A DNA stretch of 64,000 nt from a virus. Its lineage: Duplodnaviria > Caudoviricetes. This document shows positions 19,933 to 28,875 of the stretch, piece after piece (positions within the stretch are counted from its first letter, which is position 1; each line of letters starts with the position of its first letter). The position numbers and the translations under genes are program-made. Where the stretch lies: positions 123,034 to 187,033 of IMG/VR virus record IMGVR_UViG_3300049573_000219. One strand, 5' to 3'. A model generated the notes under the pieces. The model worked only from the letters and a program-made list of their open reading frames with translations, ran no database searches and was not told the DNA's origin.

Positions 19933-20558
19933 CAGTCCTCCAGCAGCTCGACGCCGCAGGCCACCCGCACGGTCCTGGAGTGCTCCAGCAGGAACTCGTG
20001 CACCTCGCGGTCCCAGCGGGCGTCGTAGAGGGCGTGGTGGGCCTTCTCGGTGTACTTCTCGGGCAGCCGCAGGCCGTTGGGGAGGTGGTCGTCCTCGACG
20101 TGGGCGATGTCCTCCAGTGTGGCCAGGTCATGGAACGGCCGCTTCGGGACGGCGGACGGCATCCGGCCGAACCAGTCGTTGCCGAACAGGTTGTGCAGCC
20201 GCTGCATGTCCTGGGTGCCGTGGTCGGCGATGATCCCGATCCGCTGCCGGTAGCTTCGCCCTCCGGTGAGGAAGGTGAAGAACTTGGCGGCCTCGGAGGC
20301 CATCCGCTCGTACGGCATCACGTGCTCGTCGGCCGGGTCGATCTCGCCGTTGGACAGGAGCGGGAGCTTGCTCCAGATGTGCTCCTCGCGGAACGGGGAG
20401 GAGCAGAAGTCCTTGCGGTCGGCGTCCTGGTGAACCATGTACAGACTGCCGGACGCGGAGTGCGCGGCGAACGAGACGAGACCGCCGGGGGTGTGGTTGT
20501 CGGGGGTGAACTCGGCGTCGATGTAGACGAATTCGAAGCCGGGGAAGGTCGCCTTCAC
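19932..20558 (-). CDS. DEDDh 3'-5' exo(ribo)nuclease, RNase AS-like
   Basis: YIDAEF, D and HHALYDARW motifs. Confidence 0.75.
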   Translation of the reverse strand: MKATFPGFEFVYIDAEFTPDNHTPGGLVSFAAHSASGSLYMVHQDADRKDFCSSPFREEHIWSKLPLLSNGEIDPADEHVMPYERMASEAAKFFTFLTGGRSYRQRIGIIADHGTQDMQRLHNLFGNDWFGRMPSAVPKRPFHDLATLEDIAHVEDDHLPNGLRLPEKYTEKAHHALYDARWDREVHEFLLEHSRTVRVACGVELLED

Positions 20559-20577
20559 GTTTCTCTCTTTCCGTTGC

Positions 20578-20859
20578 TCATCGGTAGATGCTACCCCCGC
20601 AGAAGAGGCAACCGGGGTCTTTCCGGCTCGCGGTGATCTCGAACACGCAGTGCTCGATGGGTGACTCCGGGCAGATGTGGTGCGAGTCGACCAGTGTGGC
20701 CTCCGGATCGCCCAGCAGGGCGGCGAGTTCGGCGAGGAATGCCCGCTCGATCTCGCCGCGCCTGCTGGCCAGGCGGAAGATCTGTTCGTTGATCCGCCCG
20801 ATCTCGGCCCGCTTCTCCTTCAGGGAGTCGAGCGACTTCCCCTGCCACTCGGACTTCAC
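20578..20859 (-). CDS. Hypothetical Cys-containing protein
   Basis: GTG overlapping upstream stop; C-terminal CLFCG. Confidence 0.6.
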   Translation of the reverse strand: MKSEWQGKSLDSLKEKRAEIGRINEQIFRLASRRGEIERAFLAELAALLGDPEATLVDSHHICPESPIEHCVFEITASRKDPGCLFCGGSIYR

Positions 20860-21200
20860 GTGATCATCGGATCCTGGAGGTACGTGCGTGCCGCCGCCAG
20901 TACGTCGCGCCCGTTCCCACGGCCGATCTCGTCGATCGGGTTCTTGTCTTCGAGGAGCGGGTTCATGCCGATCATCCAGGCGCGGGCGGTGTCGGCGCAT
21001 TCGGCCCGGCGCAGGATGGTGAAGACCTCGTGCCCGGTGCGCAGCTTCGCCTCCTCGTCGGCGCTCGGGGGCTGCACCTGCCACCGCTTCAGCGGCGCCG
21101 GGCCGTCCAGCCCGCACAGCCCGCCCACCAGTGCCGGTCCGAGCCAGTTGGTCAGGCTCCTGACGACGACCTGGATGGTCGGCACTTCCTTCTGGTTCAC
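20856..21200 (-). CDS. Xre/MbcA/ParS-like antitoxin-domain protein
   Basis: ARAWMIGMNPLLEDKNPIDEIGRG resembles the MbcA/ParS C-terminal domain. Confidence 0.6.
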   Translation of the reverse strand: MNQKEVPTIQVVVRSLTNWLGPALVGGLCGLDGPAPLKRWQVQPPSADEEAKLRTGHEVFTILRRAECADTARAWMIGMNPLLEDKNPIDEIGRGNGRDVLAAARTYLQDPMIT

Positions 21201-21397
21201 GCCTCTCCCTTCTCGTGCCAGGCGGCGATGACGGCCGCCCTCTCGCTGGATCTATTGCTCTTGGCGCTCACCCACGGCATCCCGGGCCGGTTGCGCCCGG
21301 GGCAGTGGACCTTCTGGTCGCCCCGCCGGTACTCGTGGCCCGCATGGTTGAACGGCTCCCACAGGTGGCACGGGATCCGGGGTGTCGGCTCGCCCAT
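21197..21397 (-). CDS. Hypothetical protein
   Basis: 66 aa with coupled overlaps at both ends. Confidence 0.5.
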   Translation of the reverse strand: MGEPTPRIPCHLWEPFNHAGHEYRRGDQKVHCPGRNRPGMPWVSAKSNRSSERAAVIAAWHEKGEA

Positions 21398-21822
21398 CAG
21401 TCTCCCTCGTCACGCTCGACGATGATGTGCCTGCGGATGGTGCCTGACGACTGAAGCATGGTGTGCCCGTCACTCACGATCTTCCAGTCGTGCGTGACCC
21501 CACGGCCATGGTGCTTGCCGAGGCAGGAGCAGGTGCACTCCCGGCTCTTCGCCTTCCGGCACCGGGTGTCACAGCGCTCGACCTGCCGGAAGTCCATGTA
21601 GACGTCGATCTTTCCGAGCCTGTTCGCCAGTGCCTCGACGACCGGGCCGAAGTGGTTCCTGGCGATCTCCCAGCGCCTCAGCTCCTTGTTCCAGTCGGGC
21701 CGGATCCGTGACCCGAGGACCGCCTTGAGCCAGGCCCGGTTGGTCGGGGCGAAGGGCATCTTGATGACCAGGCGCCCCTCGACGGGGCGCCATACGCCGT
21801 ACTGCGGCTTCACGAGTTCCAT
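21397..21822 (-). CDS. Hypothetical protein with Cys/His cluster
   Basis: CDTRC...CTCSCLGKHHG motif; start MELVKP. Confidence 0.65.
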   Translation of the reverse strand: MELVKPQYGVWRPVEGRLVIKMPFAPTNRAWLKAVLGSRIRPDWNKELRRWEIARNHFGPVVEALANRLGKIDVYMDFRQVERCDTRCRKAKSRECTCSCLGKHHGRGVTHDWKIVSDGHTMLQSSGTIRRHIIVERDEGD

Positions 21823-22343
21823 CCTTCTTCCAGCACCACGTAGGCGCCGGGGATCGGCTCGCCGTTCTTCTTGCTGGAGAGGTGGACGCAGCGCGGGTTC
21901 CAGTCGCACCGGTAGGCACGCTGGAGACCTTCACTGCCAGCCTCCTGGGCGACCCTGCGGGCGAAGGCCGATCCACGAATGAGGGACCGGTGTCTCTTCT
22001 TGTCGCAGGGGCAGTGGGTGGGCCTGGTGAAGCTCTCACCCTTCTCCAGGCCGTCGATCCCCAGGGAGAGGAACCCGGTGAAGGCTTCCTCGTCGCACTC
22101 GACCCATTCCTGCACGCCTCGCGGGAGGGCGTACCTCTTCAGCAGCAGCCGCCCGTCGTCGTCGAAACGGGCGGTGACCATGGACTCGTCGAGACCTCGC
22201 GGGTTGTGCTTCCGGGCGTGTACGAACTCCTGGAAGGTCTTCCGCTGGTAGCCGGTCTCGATGGTCCAGCCGAGCTGGCGGAGTTCCGTGATGGGCTCCA
22301 CCAGCTCGGCCTTCAACCAGCTCCGGTCGGACTCAGACGGCAT
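21810..22343 (-). CDS. Hypothetical protein with Zn-finger-like C-terminus
   Basis: CPC...AYRC...HLSS. Confidence 0.6.
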   Translation of the reverse strand: MPSESDRSWLKAELVEPITELRQLGWTIETGYQRKTFQEFVHARKHNPRGLDESMVTARFDDDGRLLLKRYALPRGVQEWVECDEEAFTGFLSLGIDGLEKGESFTRPTHCPCDKKRHRSLIRGSAFARRVAQEAGSEGLQRAYRCDWNPRCVHLSSKKNGEPIPGAYVVLEEGWNS

Positions 22344-23820
22344 CGGTGACCGGGTCCGAGTAGTTGTCGATCCACTTCAGGCCACCTCGGTCCAGGTGCT
22401 TCTTGGCCCTCGTGACGGCGACGTAGTGGATCATCGCCTCGTGCTTGTCGATCGGACCCAGCTCCATCTCCTGGGTGAGCGGGTTCTCGAACGGCTCCGG
22501 CTCGAAGAAGTCGTCCCCGATCTGGACGTTGTCCCACTCCAGACCCTTGATCGAGTGGCAGGTGGTGACCGCCACGTCGTGCGGGTCACGGTAGGACGTC
22601 ATCTTGTTGCAGGCGTCGATCAGCTTGCTGATGCCGTAGACGTCGATCAGGCGGACCATCGCCTTCAGGTGACCACCGCCGGGCTCCTTGGTGAACTCGA
22701 CCAGCTCGGCCCAGTTCTCGAAGGCGCTCAGCTCCAGGCTCTTCGCCTTGCGGCCCGCCATCAGGTCGCGGGCGGCGTACGCGATGTCGAGGATCTGCTT
22801 GGTGCCCTTGACCATCGCGACCCGCTTGCCCGCCATCAGGTAGCTCATGGCGTAGGTCATCGAACCGGCGTTGGTCCGGCACAGGACGACGTCGGGCTCC
22901 TCCATGTCGTCCTCGGAGACCATGTCGTTGATCGAGGGCAGGCCCTTGATCGTGACCCCGGTCTCCGTGTGGGGCAGGTGCTTCATCGCCTCCTCGGCGA
23001 CGGCGTCGCCGAACCGGAAGGACTGCGTCAGGTACAGCTTCTCGCCCTTGTGGCGCAGGATCTGGTCGGTCGCCCCGCGCCAGGCGTACAGGCTCTGGGC
23101 CGGGTCACCGATCAGAATCCCCTGCGCACCCTTCTGGTTCTTGAGGAACTTCATGGTGGCGTTGTTGCTGTCCTGGGCCTCGTCGATGATCACGACGTCG
23201 TAGCCGTAGTCCTTGCCGCCCTCGGCCACCAGCTTGAACGCGTAGTTCATCGTGAACCGGAGGTTCGAGTTCGGCATGATGGCCTGCTGCCACAGAGCCT
23301 GCGCGAGGCGGGCGATGTAGCTGCGGGCCGCCTCGATGGCCACCTCACCCGGGCCGACCACGGGAATGTGGACGTCCTTCTCCGTGATGCGGATGTGGTC
23401 CGAGTTGCAGAACCGCTCGATCGTGTCGGCAGCCAGGCGGGCCTGGGTGAACCCGTCGAGGACCAGCTTGTCGCCGAAGTCCTGGGGGCGCAGGTCGAGC
23501 GCCTTGGCGACGTCCTTCGCGGGAACCGCAGGGGCGTCGATGCGCATGCGGTCCTTGTGGGTGTCGGCGTACGCGCGCCAGGCGAGCTGGCTGGTGGTCC
23601 GGACGTCGACCCAGGTGAGTCCGGCCCGCTTGAACTTCACCTCCGCGTCCTTGCGCGCCTGCGTGTTGTAGACCAAGTAGAGGATGCGCTTGCCCCGGAG
23701 GTTCTTGGCCATTCCGAGCGCCGTGGCGCTCTTGCCGGAACCGGCGGGGGCGACGAGGGAGAACGACTCACCCTTCACAGCCAGGTCGATCGCGGCCTGC
23801 TGCTCGTCCGTGAACTTCAC
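22333..23820 (-). CDS. UvrD/Rep-like SF1 helicase
   Basis: APAGSGKS, DEAQD, GDPAQSLYAWRGA, LTQSFRFG, HSIKGLEW, YVAVTRAK. Confidence 0.92.
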   Translation of the reverse strand: MKFTDEQQAAIDLAVKGESFSLVAPAGSGKSATALGMAKNLRGKRILYLVYNTQARKDAEVKFKRAGLTWVDVRTTSQLAWRAYADTHKDRMRIDAPAVPAKDVAKALDLRPQDFGDKLVLDGFTQARLAADTIERFCNSDHIRITEKDVHIPVVGPGEVAIEAARSYIARLAQALWQQAIMPNSNLRFTMNYAFKLVAEGGKDYGYDVVIIDEAQDSNNATMKFLKNQKGAQGILIGDPAQSLYAWRGATDQILRHKGEKLYLTQSFRFGDAVAEEAMKHLPHTETGVTIKGLPSINDMVSEDDMEEPDVVLCRTNAGSMTYAMSYLMAGKRVAMVKGTKQILDIAYAARDLMAGRKAKSLELSAFENWAELVEFTKEPGGGHLKAMVRLIDVYGISKLIDACNKMTSYRDPHDVAVTTCHSIKGLEWDNVQIGDDFFEPEPFENPLTQEMELGPIDKHEAMIHYVAVTRAKKHLDRGGLKWIDNYSDPVTDAV

Positions 23821-23828
23821 GGCTTCTC

Positions 23829-24107
23829 CTATTCCGTCTTTTCGTCTTCTGGGCCCGGAACGAAGTCGCCGGGCCACATCTCGAAAAACTCGGCGAGTTG
23901 ATCGAGTTCTTTCGCATCCCACGTACCCGCCTGGATCTTCCTCGGCAGGTACGCTTCAGAGACTCCGAGGTGCTTGGCCAGCTCCCTCAGCTTCTCCGTG
24001 TACACCTTGCGAACGGTGCTTCCAGCCAGGCTGTCTCGGTCCTCGCTGACCCGGATGGCCAGAAGATTCTCGACTGTCTGGCTGATGGTCGCGCCAGTGC
24101 TCTGCAT
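23829..24107 (-). CDS. XRE-family HTH regulator
   Basis: KLRELAKHLGVSEAYLPRKIQAG...WDAKELDQLAEFF; strong GAGGAGG RBS at ATG 24107. Confidence 0.75.
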   Translation of the reverse strand: MQSTGATISQTVENLLAIRVSEDRDSLAGSTVRKVYTEKLRELAKHLGVSEAYLPRKIQAGTWDAKELDQLAEFFEMWPGDFVPGPEDEKTE

Positions 24108-24184
24108 CAGATACCTCCTCGTGAACTTGTCACTCAAAGATACCTGCGTTTTCCCTTCTTCTGCGATTCTATCACCGCAGGTGC

Positions 24185-24727
24185 TCAACTGCCAAGCACT
24201 GAAGCGAGATACGCGCCCAGCGTGATCGGCTCACCGTTGATCACGATCGGGTAGTCGGTCAGCCTGTTCTCCTCGGCCTCGTCGAGGATGCGCTGCTTGT
24301 GGGCCTTCGCCTTGGCGACCGTGGCCTGCGCGACCAGCGCGTCCACCCGGGCCTTGCGCTGCTTCTCGATGATCCGCCGGGCGCCCTCCTGCTTCGATGA
24401 GACCTGCCCCCTGGCCGCCAGGGGGATCACCTCGGCCTCCGGCTCGGCGGCGGGGACGGGCTCCGGCTGAGGCTCCGGCTGAGGCTCCGGCTGAGGCGGA
24501 GGGCTGGCGACGTGACCGGCCTGCGGCTCAGGCTCCTCCACCCGAGGAGCCTGCTGGACCTCTTGCGACAGACCGCAGAGTGCGAAGGCCGCCTGCTGGC
24601 CGTCGCGGATGTACGCCTCGATCACTCCGGACATCGCGATGAAGTCGCCCGGCGCGGGCGGCGCGGTGCACATGAGGCGTGCGGTCGCGCTCGCCGCAGC
24701 AGCCCTGATCTCCTGCTCGGTGTTCAC
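24185..24727 (-). CDS. Hypothetical protein with (EPQP)n linker
   Basis: GTG start with GGAAAGG RBS; 12-bp tandem repeat at about 24460-24495. Confidence 0.65.
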   Translation of the reverse strand: MNTEQEIRAAAASATARLMCTAPPAPGDFIAMSGVIEAYIRDGQQAAFALCGLSQEVQQAPRVEEPEPQAGHVASPPPQPEPQPEPQPEPVPAAEPEAEVIPLAARGQVSSKQEGARRIIEKQRKARVDALVAQATVAKAKAHKQRILDEAEENRLTDYPIVINGEPITLGAYLASVLGS

Positions 24728-24749
24728 GTCTTCCCCTTTCCAGGCCCCG

Positions 24750-24875
24750 TCACTTCCAGCGGGGCCACTCCTGGTAAATCGCGAGATGGCCGACGATGAA
24801 CAGCGCGGAGAAGATGGCAGCCGCGACAACCGCGAACGCCACCTCCTTCGCCACTGCCTTCATGACCTTCTTCAC
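24750..24875 (-). CDS. Small single-TM protein (41 aa; not in ORF track)
   Basis: VKKVMKAVAKEVAFAVVAAAIFSALFIVGHLAIYQEWPRWK; GTGA overlap with the upstream gene. Confidence 0.5.
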   Translation of the reverse strand: MKKVMKAVAKEVAFAVVAAAIFSALFIVGHLAIYQEWPRWK

Positions 24876-25057
24876 TGCTGGTACATCCGCTTCACATCGC
24901 GGACGTCGTCCAGCCGGTAACGGATTCCCTGAGCCGTCCTGACCGGGCGGACCAGGTTCTTCGCCAGGATGATCCGCGCCCTCTTCTCCTTCACGCCCAT
25001 CCGGGCCGCCGCTTCGGAGATGTCCACGAGCGGGTCGTTCGTCGTCATGTTCGCCAT
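24872..25057 (-). CDS. Small HTH protein (excisionase/MerR-like)
   Basis: DISEAAARMGV...IRYRLDDV. Confidence 0.65.
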   Translation of the reverse strand: MANMTTNDPLVDISEAAARMGVKEKRARIILAKNLVRPVRTAQGIRYRLDDVRDVKRMYQQ

Positions 25058-25061
25058 GCGA

Positions 25062-25265
25062 TCACTCTGCCACGTTTTCCCGGTGGCTGACCAGCAGGTC
25101 ATCTACGGCCTGAAGGGCGAGATTCCGCACGACGTCGACCTCGTACTTCAGGCCGAGTATCTTGCGCGCCTCGTCGATCTTCGACCGTTCGCTTTCGGTG
25201 AAGCGGGCGACGATCCGCTTGTCGCGCTTCTCGTCGCCCTGCTCCGATTTGGGGCGTCCAGCCAT
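25062..25265 (-). CDS. Ribbon-helix-helix protein (MobC/CopG-like)
   Basis: GRPK...KRDKRIVARFTESERSKID. Confidence 0.6.
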   Translation of the reverse strand: MAGRPKSEQGDEKRDKRIVARFTESERSKIDEARKILGLKYEVDVVRNLALQAVDDLLVSHRENVAE

Positions 25266-25272
25266 CAGTTCC

Positions 25273-25494
25273 TCACGTCCAGTCGATTCCCGAGACCGAA
25301 CGGCTGCCGGAACCACTCGCGGTGGCGTCCCCGGTGTTCTTCACCGTGATCCGCTGACCGCGCCGGGGCGGCGGTCCGGAGTACCCGGTCACCGCCTTGC
25401 CTCCCTCGGTCTCCGTCACGGCGCCCGTGTTCTTGACGGTCAGGTCACCATCGCGGTGACCCATCAGTCGCGCCACCCTGGCCATGATTCCCAT
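25273..25494 (-). CDS. Hypothetical protein
   Basis: 73 aa with internal repeat TVKNTG x2. Confidence 0.55.
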   Translation of the reverse strand: MGIMARVARLMGHRDGDLTVKNTGAVTETEGGKAVTGYSGPPPRRGQRITVKNTGDATASGSGSRSVSGIDWT

Positions 25495-25546
25495 GAACTT
25501 CCCTTCCGTTCGGGTAAGTTCAGTCTATGGCAGCCATCCGATTCCG

Positions 25547-25969
25547 TCAATCGACATCACGGTACTGCTGCCCAGGGGAGGACATCAGGGCGAACACGAC
25601 GGCCACACCGGCTATCGCCAGGTGCATCAGGTCGAACGTGAGGAAGGCGGTCACCGCGCTGATGCCCGCGACGATCCACATGCCGATGTACAGCCGGTAG
25701 TCGTGCACCTTGTGCTCGACCACCTCCTGCGCGATGTACGGGGACTCCTGCTGGATCAGCTTGGTCCGCTCGTAGGCCATCATCTGGGCACGCTCGACCG
25801 CTTCCGGCCCGAACGGGCTTCCGTCACCCACCGCCATGGTGGGGACATCCGGCCGCGCCGGGGCGACGGGTGCCCGGTAGTCCATCGTCGGGAGATCATC
25901 CTGGGCGCGCGTGTACGCCAGAGTCCGGCGCGTCGTCGTGCCGTAGACCTCGTCCTTCTCGTACGTCAC
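25547..25969 (-). CDS. Two-TM membrane protein
   Basis: Two C-terminal hydrophobic helices. Confidence 0.6.
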   Translation of the reverse strand: MTYEKDEVYGTTTRRTLAYTRAQDDLPTMDYRAPVAPARPDVPTMAVGDGSPFGPEAVERAQMMAYERTKLIQQESPYIAQEVVEHKVHDYRLYIGMWIVAGISAVTAFLTFDLMHLAIAGVAVVFALMSSPGQQYRDVD

Positions 25970-26043
25970 CGGAATCGCATCACCTTTCCCTCCACTTCCG
26001 CGTTCAATTGTGCGTCAAAACCGATCAGTTCGCCAGAAGCGAA

Positions 26044-26067
26044 AAGGCCCGGCCGAAGCCGGGCCTT
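26044..26067 (-). terminator. Intrinsic terminator
   Basis: AAGGCCCGGC-CGAA-GCCGGGCCTT, followed by U residues on the minus strand. Confidence 0.65.
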
Positions 26068-26069
26068 CC

Positions 26070-26783
26070 TTACGCCGCCATCAGGACCAGGAGCACGTTG
26101 GACGCCACAGCGACACCCACCGCAGGACCCTTCTCGGCCATGGAGCCGGAGGAGATCATCCCGTCGAGCAGCCGGATGTTCCACCACCGCTTGCCCTGGA
26201 TCTTCACGGGCCAGAAAGCGGGGACACCTCCCTTGGTGCATCCGTCCGCCACGACATGACTGACGTATCCGCCGGTCACGGCGAGGGCCATGAGCCAGGG
26301 GGTCAGGTAGATCGCAGCACCGGCCGCAGCACCGGCCGCGCCGAGAACCACCAGGCCGATCGTCTTCCGGTAGAGCGGCCACAGCATCAGAACCCCGAGA
26401 GCTGCCGTCGCGCCGATCGCTACCGCTGACGTCTGCGACAGGAGGTACACAGCGGCACCCAGAACCAGCGACGCCAGCAGCGTGTGGGTCAGGGTCCGGT
26501 GGTACGGATCGCGCTTGTTGATCTGCTTCCATCGGATGTAGCTGCGGTCCCGCCCCGAAGCCGAAGCGCTGACGACCATCCTGCATGCACCGTGAACCGC
26601 CTTGTGTACGGGCGACCCGAGCGCCTTCGTGGCGCACGCGTTCGGGTGGTCGAGGTCCGGCAGGAGGGAGAACCCAGCCGAGACGGCGGCCATCACCGCC
26701 CCCTGGACCACGTTCACGTTCTGGGTGAGCACGAGGCCGACCGGCGCCGAGGCGCCGATCGCCGCGTGCACAGTCCCCCTCAC
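26070..26783 (-). CDS. YdjM-like membrane metal-dependent hydrolase
   Basis: H, LLPDLDHP, HRTLTH and SHVVAD..T..GVP..WP motifs. Confidence 0.85.
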   Translation of the reverse strand: MRGTVHAAIGASAPVGLVLTQNVNVVQGAVMAAVSAGFSLLPDLDHPNACATKALGSPVHKAVHGACRMVVSASASGRDRSYIRWKQINKRDPYHRTLTHTLLASLVLGAAVYLLSQTSAVAIGATAALGVLMLWPLYRKTIGLVVLGAAGAAAGAAIYLTPWLMALAVTGGYVSHVVADGCTKGGVPAFWPVKIQGKRWWNIRLLDGMISSGSMAEKGPAVGVAVASNVLLVLMAA

Positions 26784-27109
26784 TGGAGGATCCTGGCGCT
26801 GATGACGTTCGGGCTCTTGTTGACGGTCGCCGCGAACGTCTGCGCCGCGATCCACTCACCCCCGTCGTAGGACGCCTGCCACGTGAAGTCCATCAGGCTT
26901 CCGGGGCTGTCGAGGATCGTGTCGTCGTCGGCGGGCCCGCGCCCGATCTGGACCTTCATCCGGTCGAGCTGCATGGTGTCGCCGGACAGCGGGAGCGACG
27001 TCATGTCGGGCCACGCCACCTCGACCGCGACCTTCTTCTGATGGCTGAGCGCCTTCAGAAGCTCGACCTCCAGCAGGACCACCCCTGCGGCGCTGTTCTT
27101 CTTGCTCAT
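26780..27109 (-). CDS. Hypothetical protein
   Basis: Start MSKKNS with AGGAG RBS; coupled overlaps. Confidence 0.6.
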   Translation of the reverse strand: MSKKNSAAGVVLLEVELLKALSHQKKVAVEVAWPDMTSLPLSGDTMQLDRMKVQIGRGPADDDTILDSPGSLMDFTWQASYDGGEWIAAQTFAATVNKSPNVISARILQ

Positions 27110-27447
27110 CCTTCTCCTTCCCTGATGGCGCGCACGACTCCCTGCATGCGCACCTCCTGCACGTCTTCCCGGTCCTCGGACGCCGCCTCGAACCAGTCCT
27201 TCACGACCCCGACCATCTCGCCGGGTTCGAAGTAGTCGCCCTGGAAGTCGATCTCGACCTCCAGATGGACACGGTTCGCGCCGGTCGGCCGGACCGGGGG
27301 CTCCTCGTCGCCCCTGATGAGGTTCTGGAGGACCCGGCACGCGGACCTGAGTCCGGGCTTGTTGCGGTCCGGAGCCTGCGGGTCCTCCGCCTCGGCCTTC
27401 ATGCGCAGAAGTGCGCCGGTCAGGACGGCTCGTTCCATGTGGTCCAC
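27106..27447 (-). CDS. Hypothetical protein
   Basis: GGAG RBS, biased codons. Confidence 0.55.
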   Translation of the reverse strand: MDHMERAVLTGALLRMKAEAEDPQAPDRNKPGLRSACRVLQNLIRGDEEPPVRPTGANRVHLEVEIDFQGDYFEPGEMVGVVKDWFEAASEDREDVQEVRMQGVVRAIREGEG

Positions 27448-27515
27448 GTTCTTCTCCGGTTTCGTCGCGCACGAACGGGCGACCGGCTGAACCGGCCGCC
27501 CGAAGTGCTTGCGGG

Positions 27516-27986
27516 TCACGCCATCTGCTTGGCGATCAGCAGGTAGATCTCGCCGTCGGAGCGCTTGTCGTCGGCGCTGAAGGCGGCCTCGGTGATCTCC
27601 TCGACCGACTTGCCCTCCTTGGCCATCCGGATCAGGTCGACGCGCTCCGTGGCCATCTCCATGATGACGTTCTGACTGATGGACATCCGGGTGGCGGGGT
27701 CCTGCCCCTCCTCCAGAGCGGCGTCGTAGATCTTCTCCCAGGCGGGGAGGTTCTTGCGGTAGTGGGCCTGCATGAGGTTCACCAGCCACGGCGCCCGGCG
27801 CCGCCCCTCGGTCACCATCATCTCGGCCAGCTTGCGGTCGATCTTCTCGTCGGTCACGTCACCCTCGACGCGAAGGGCCGCCTCGAACCCCTTCGTGAGG
27901 AACGCGATGGCCGTCTCACGGCCGACTCCGAAGTGCTTCATCGCGTGCCGGAGCATGTCGTCGGGGGTCTGGAATCCCTGGTTCAC
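27516..27986 (-). CDS. Hypothetical protein
   Basis: GTG start with GGAG RBS, coupled. Confidence 0.65.
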   Translation of the reverse strand: MNQGFQTPDDMLRHAMKHFGVGRETAIAFLTKGFEAALRVEGDVTDEKIDRKLAEMMVTEGRRRAPWLVNLMQAHYRKNLPAWEKIYDAALEEGQDPATRMSISQNVIMEMATERVDLIRMAKEGKSVEEITEAAFSADDKRSDGEIYLLIAKQMA

Positions 27987-28282
27987 TTCTTCTCCGTTTC
28001 CGTGCCGGTTTCCGCCCGGCGCGCTTCGTCTTCCTTGAAAGCCAGCTCGCACAGCGTGTAATCGCCGATCCCGAGATGACCGCCTTCGGGGCGTTCGATC
28101 TGCGCGTAAATCCGCAGCCGCTTTCCGCCCTCCTTGTATTCAGCTTCGACGACCTTCTCCAGGGCGTCTTTGAGGCTGGCCGCCTCAAGGCTGACCTCGT
28201 CGCGCTCCAGACTCTGAATTCTCGTGGGATCCCCCACGAGAGGTCGAGTCCTTCGCCATACACGAACGGTGAATTCAGCCAT
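27983..28282 (-). CDS. Hypothetical protein
   Basis: 99 aa, coupled. Confidence 0.6.
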   Translation of the reverse strand: MAEFTVRVWRRTRPLVGDPTRIQSLERDEVSLEAASLKDALEKVVEAEYKEGGKRLRIYAQIERPEGGHLGIGDYTLCELAFKEDEARRAETGTETEKK

Positions 28283-28875
28283 CAGGCAACCCTCGTCGCT
28301 CCGAAGTAGTCGGGCATGTAGTGCACCTTGTCGATCCGGATCTTCGTTCCGGTCCGAGGCGCGTGAAGCATCTCACCGTTACCGATGTAGATCCCCACGT
28401 GATGGATGGAGCGCCAGTTCCCCTTCTGGCCGAAGAACACCAGATCTCCGGGCTTCAACTCATTCCACGAGGGGTGATTGTCGGTCGTCTTGTACTGATC
28501 GTTGGCCACGCGCGGAATACTGATTCCCGCCTTCGCGTAAGCGGCCTTGGTGAGACCGGAGCAGTCGAACCGGCCACCCTGTTCAGCCGTCCCGTTGCCG
28601 CCCCAGAGGTAGGGGATTCCGATCTTCGTGCGCGCGTATGCGATGGCCGCCTTTGCGGGATCGCTGGCGCGTGAGTCCGACACGTTGCCCGCGTCGGCGT
28701 TCTGCCGCTTCGCTTCCTTCGCGCGCTCTTCCGGCGAATACCAGTTGATCTTCTCGATCGCCGGATTGGAATTCGCAGTCGAGTTCGAGATGGGCGCCGC
28801 GTGAAGGGCGCCGCACCCCGATGTGAGCAGGACGGCCGAGACGGCGGCTACCGCCGATCGCTTGATCCGGTTCAC
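28282..28875 (-). CDS. NlpC/P60 peptidoglycan endopeptidase, lipoprotein
   Basis: Lipobox LLTSGC; PYLWGG, FDCSGL, PGDLVFF, HVGIYIG, HAP. Confidence 0.92.
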   Translation of the reverse strand: MNRIKRSAVAAVSAVLLTSGCGALHAAPISNSTANSNPAIEKINWYSPEERAKEAKRQNADAGNVSDSRASDPAKAAIAYARTKIGIPYLWGGNGTAEQGGRFDCSGLTKAAYAKAGISIPRVANDQYKTTDNHPSWNELKPGDLVFFGQKGNWRSIHHVGIYIGNGEMLHAPRTGTKIRIDKVHYMPDYFGATRVA

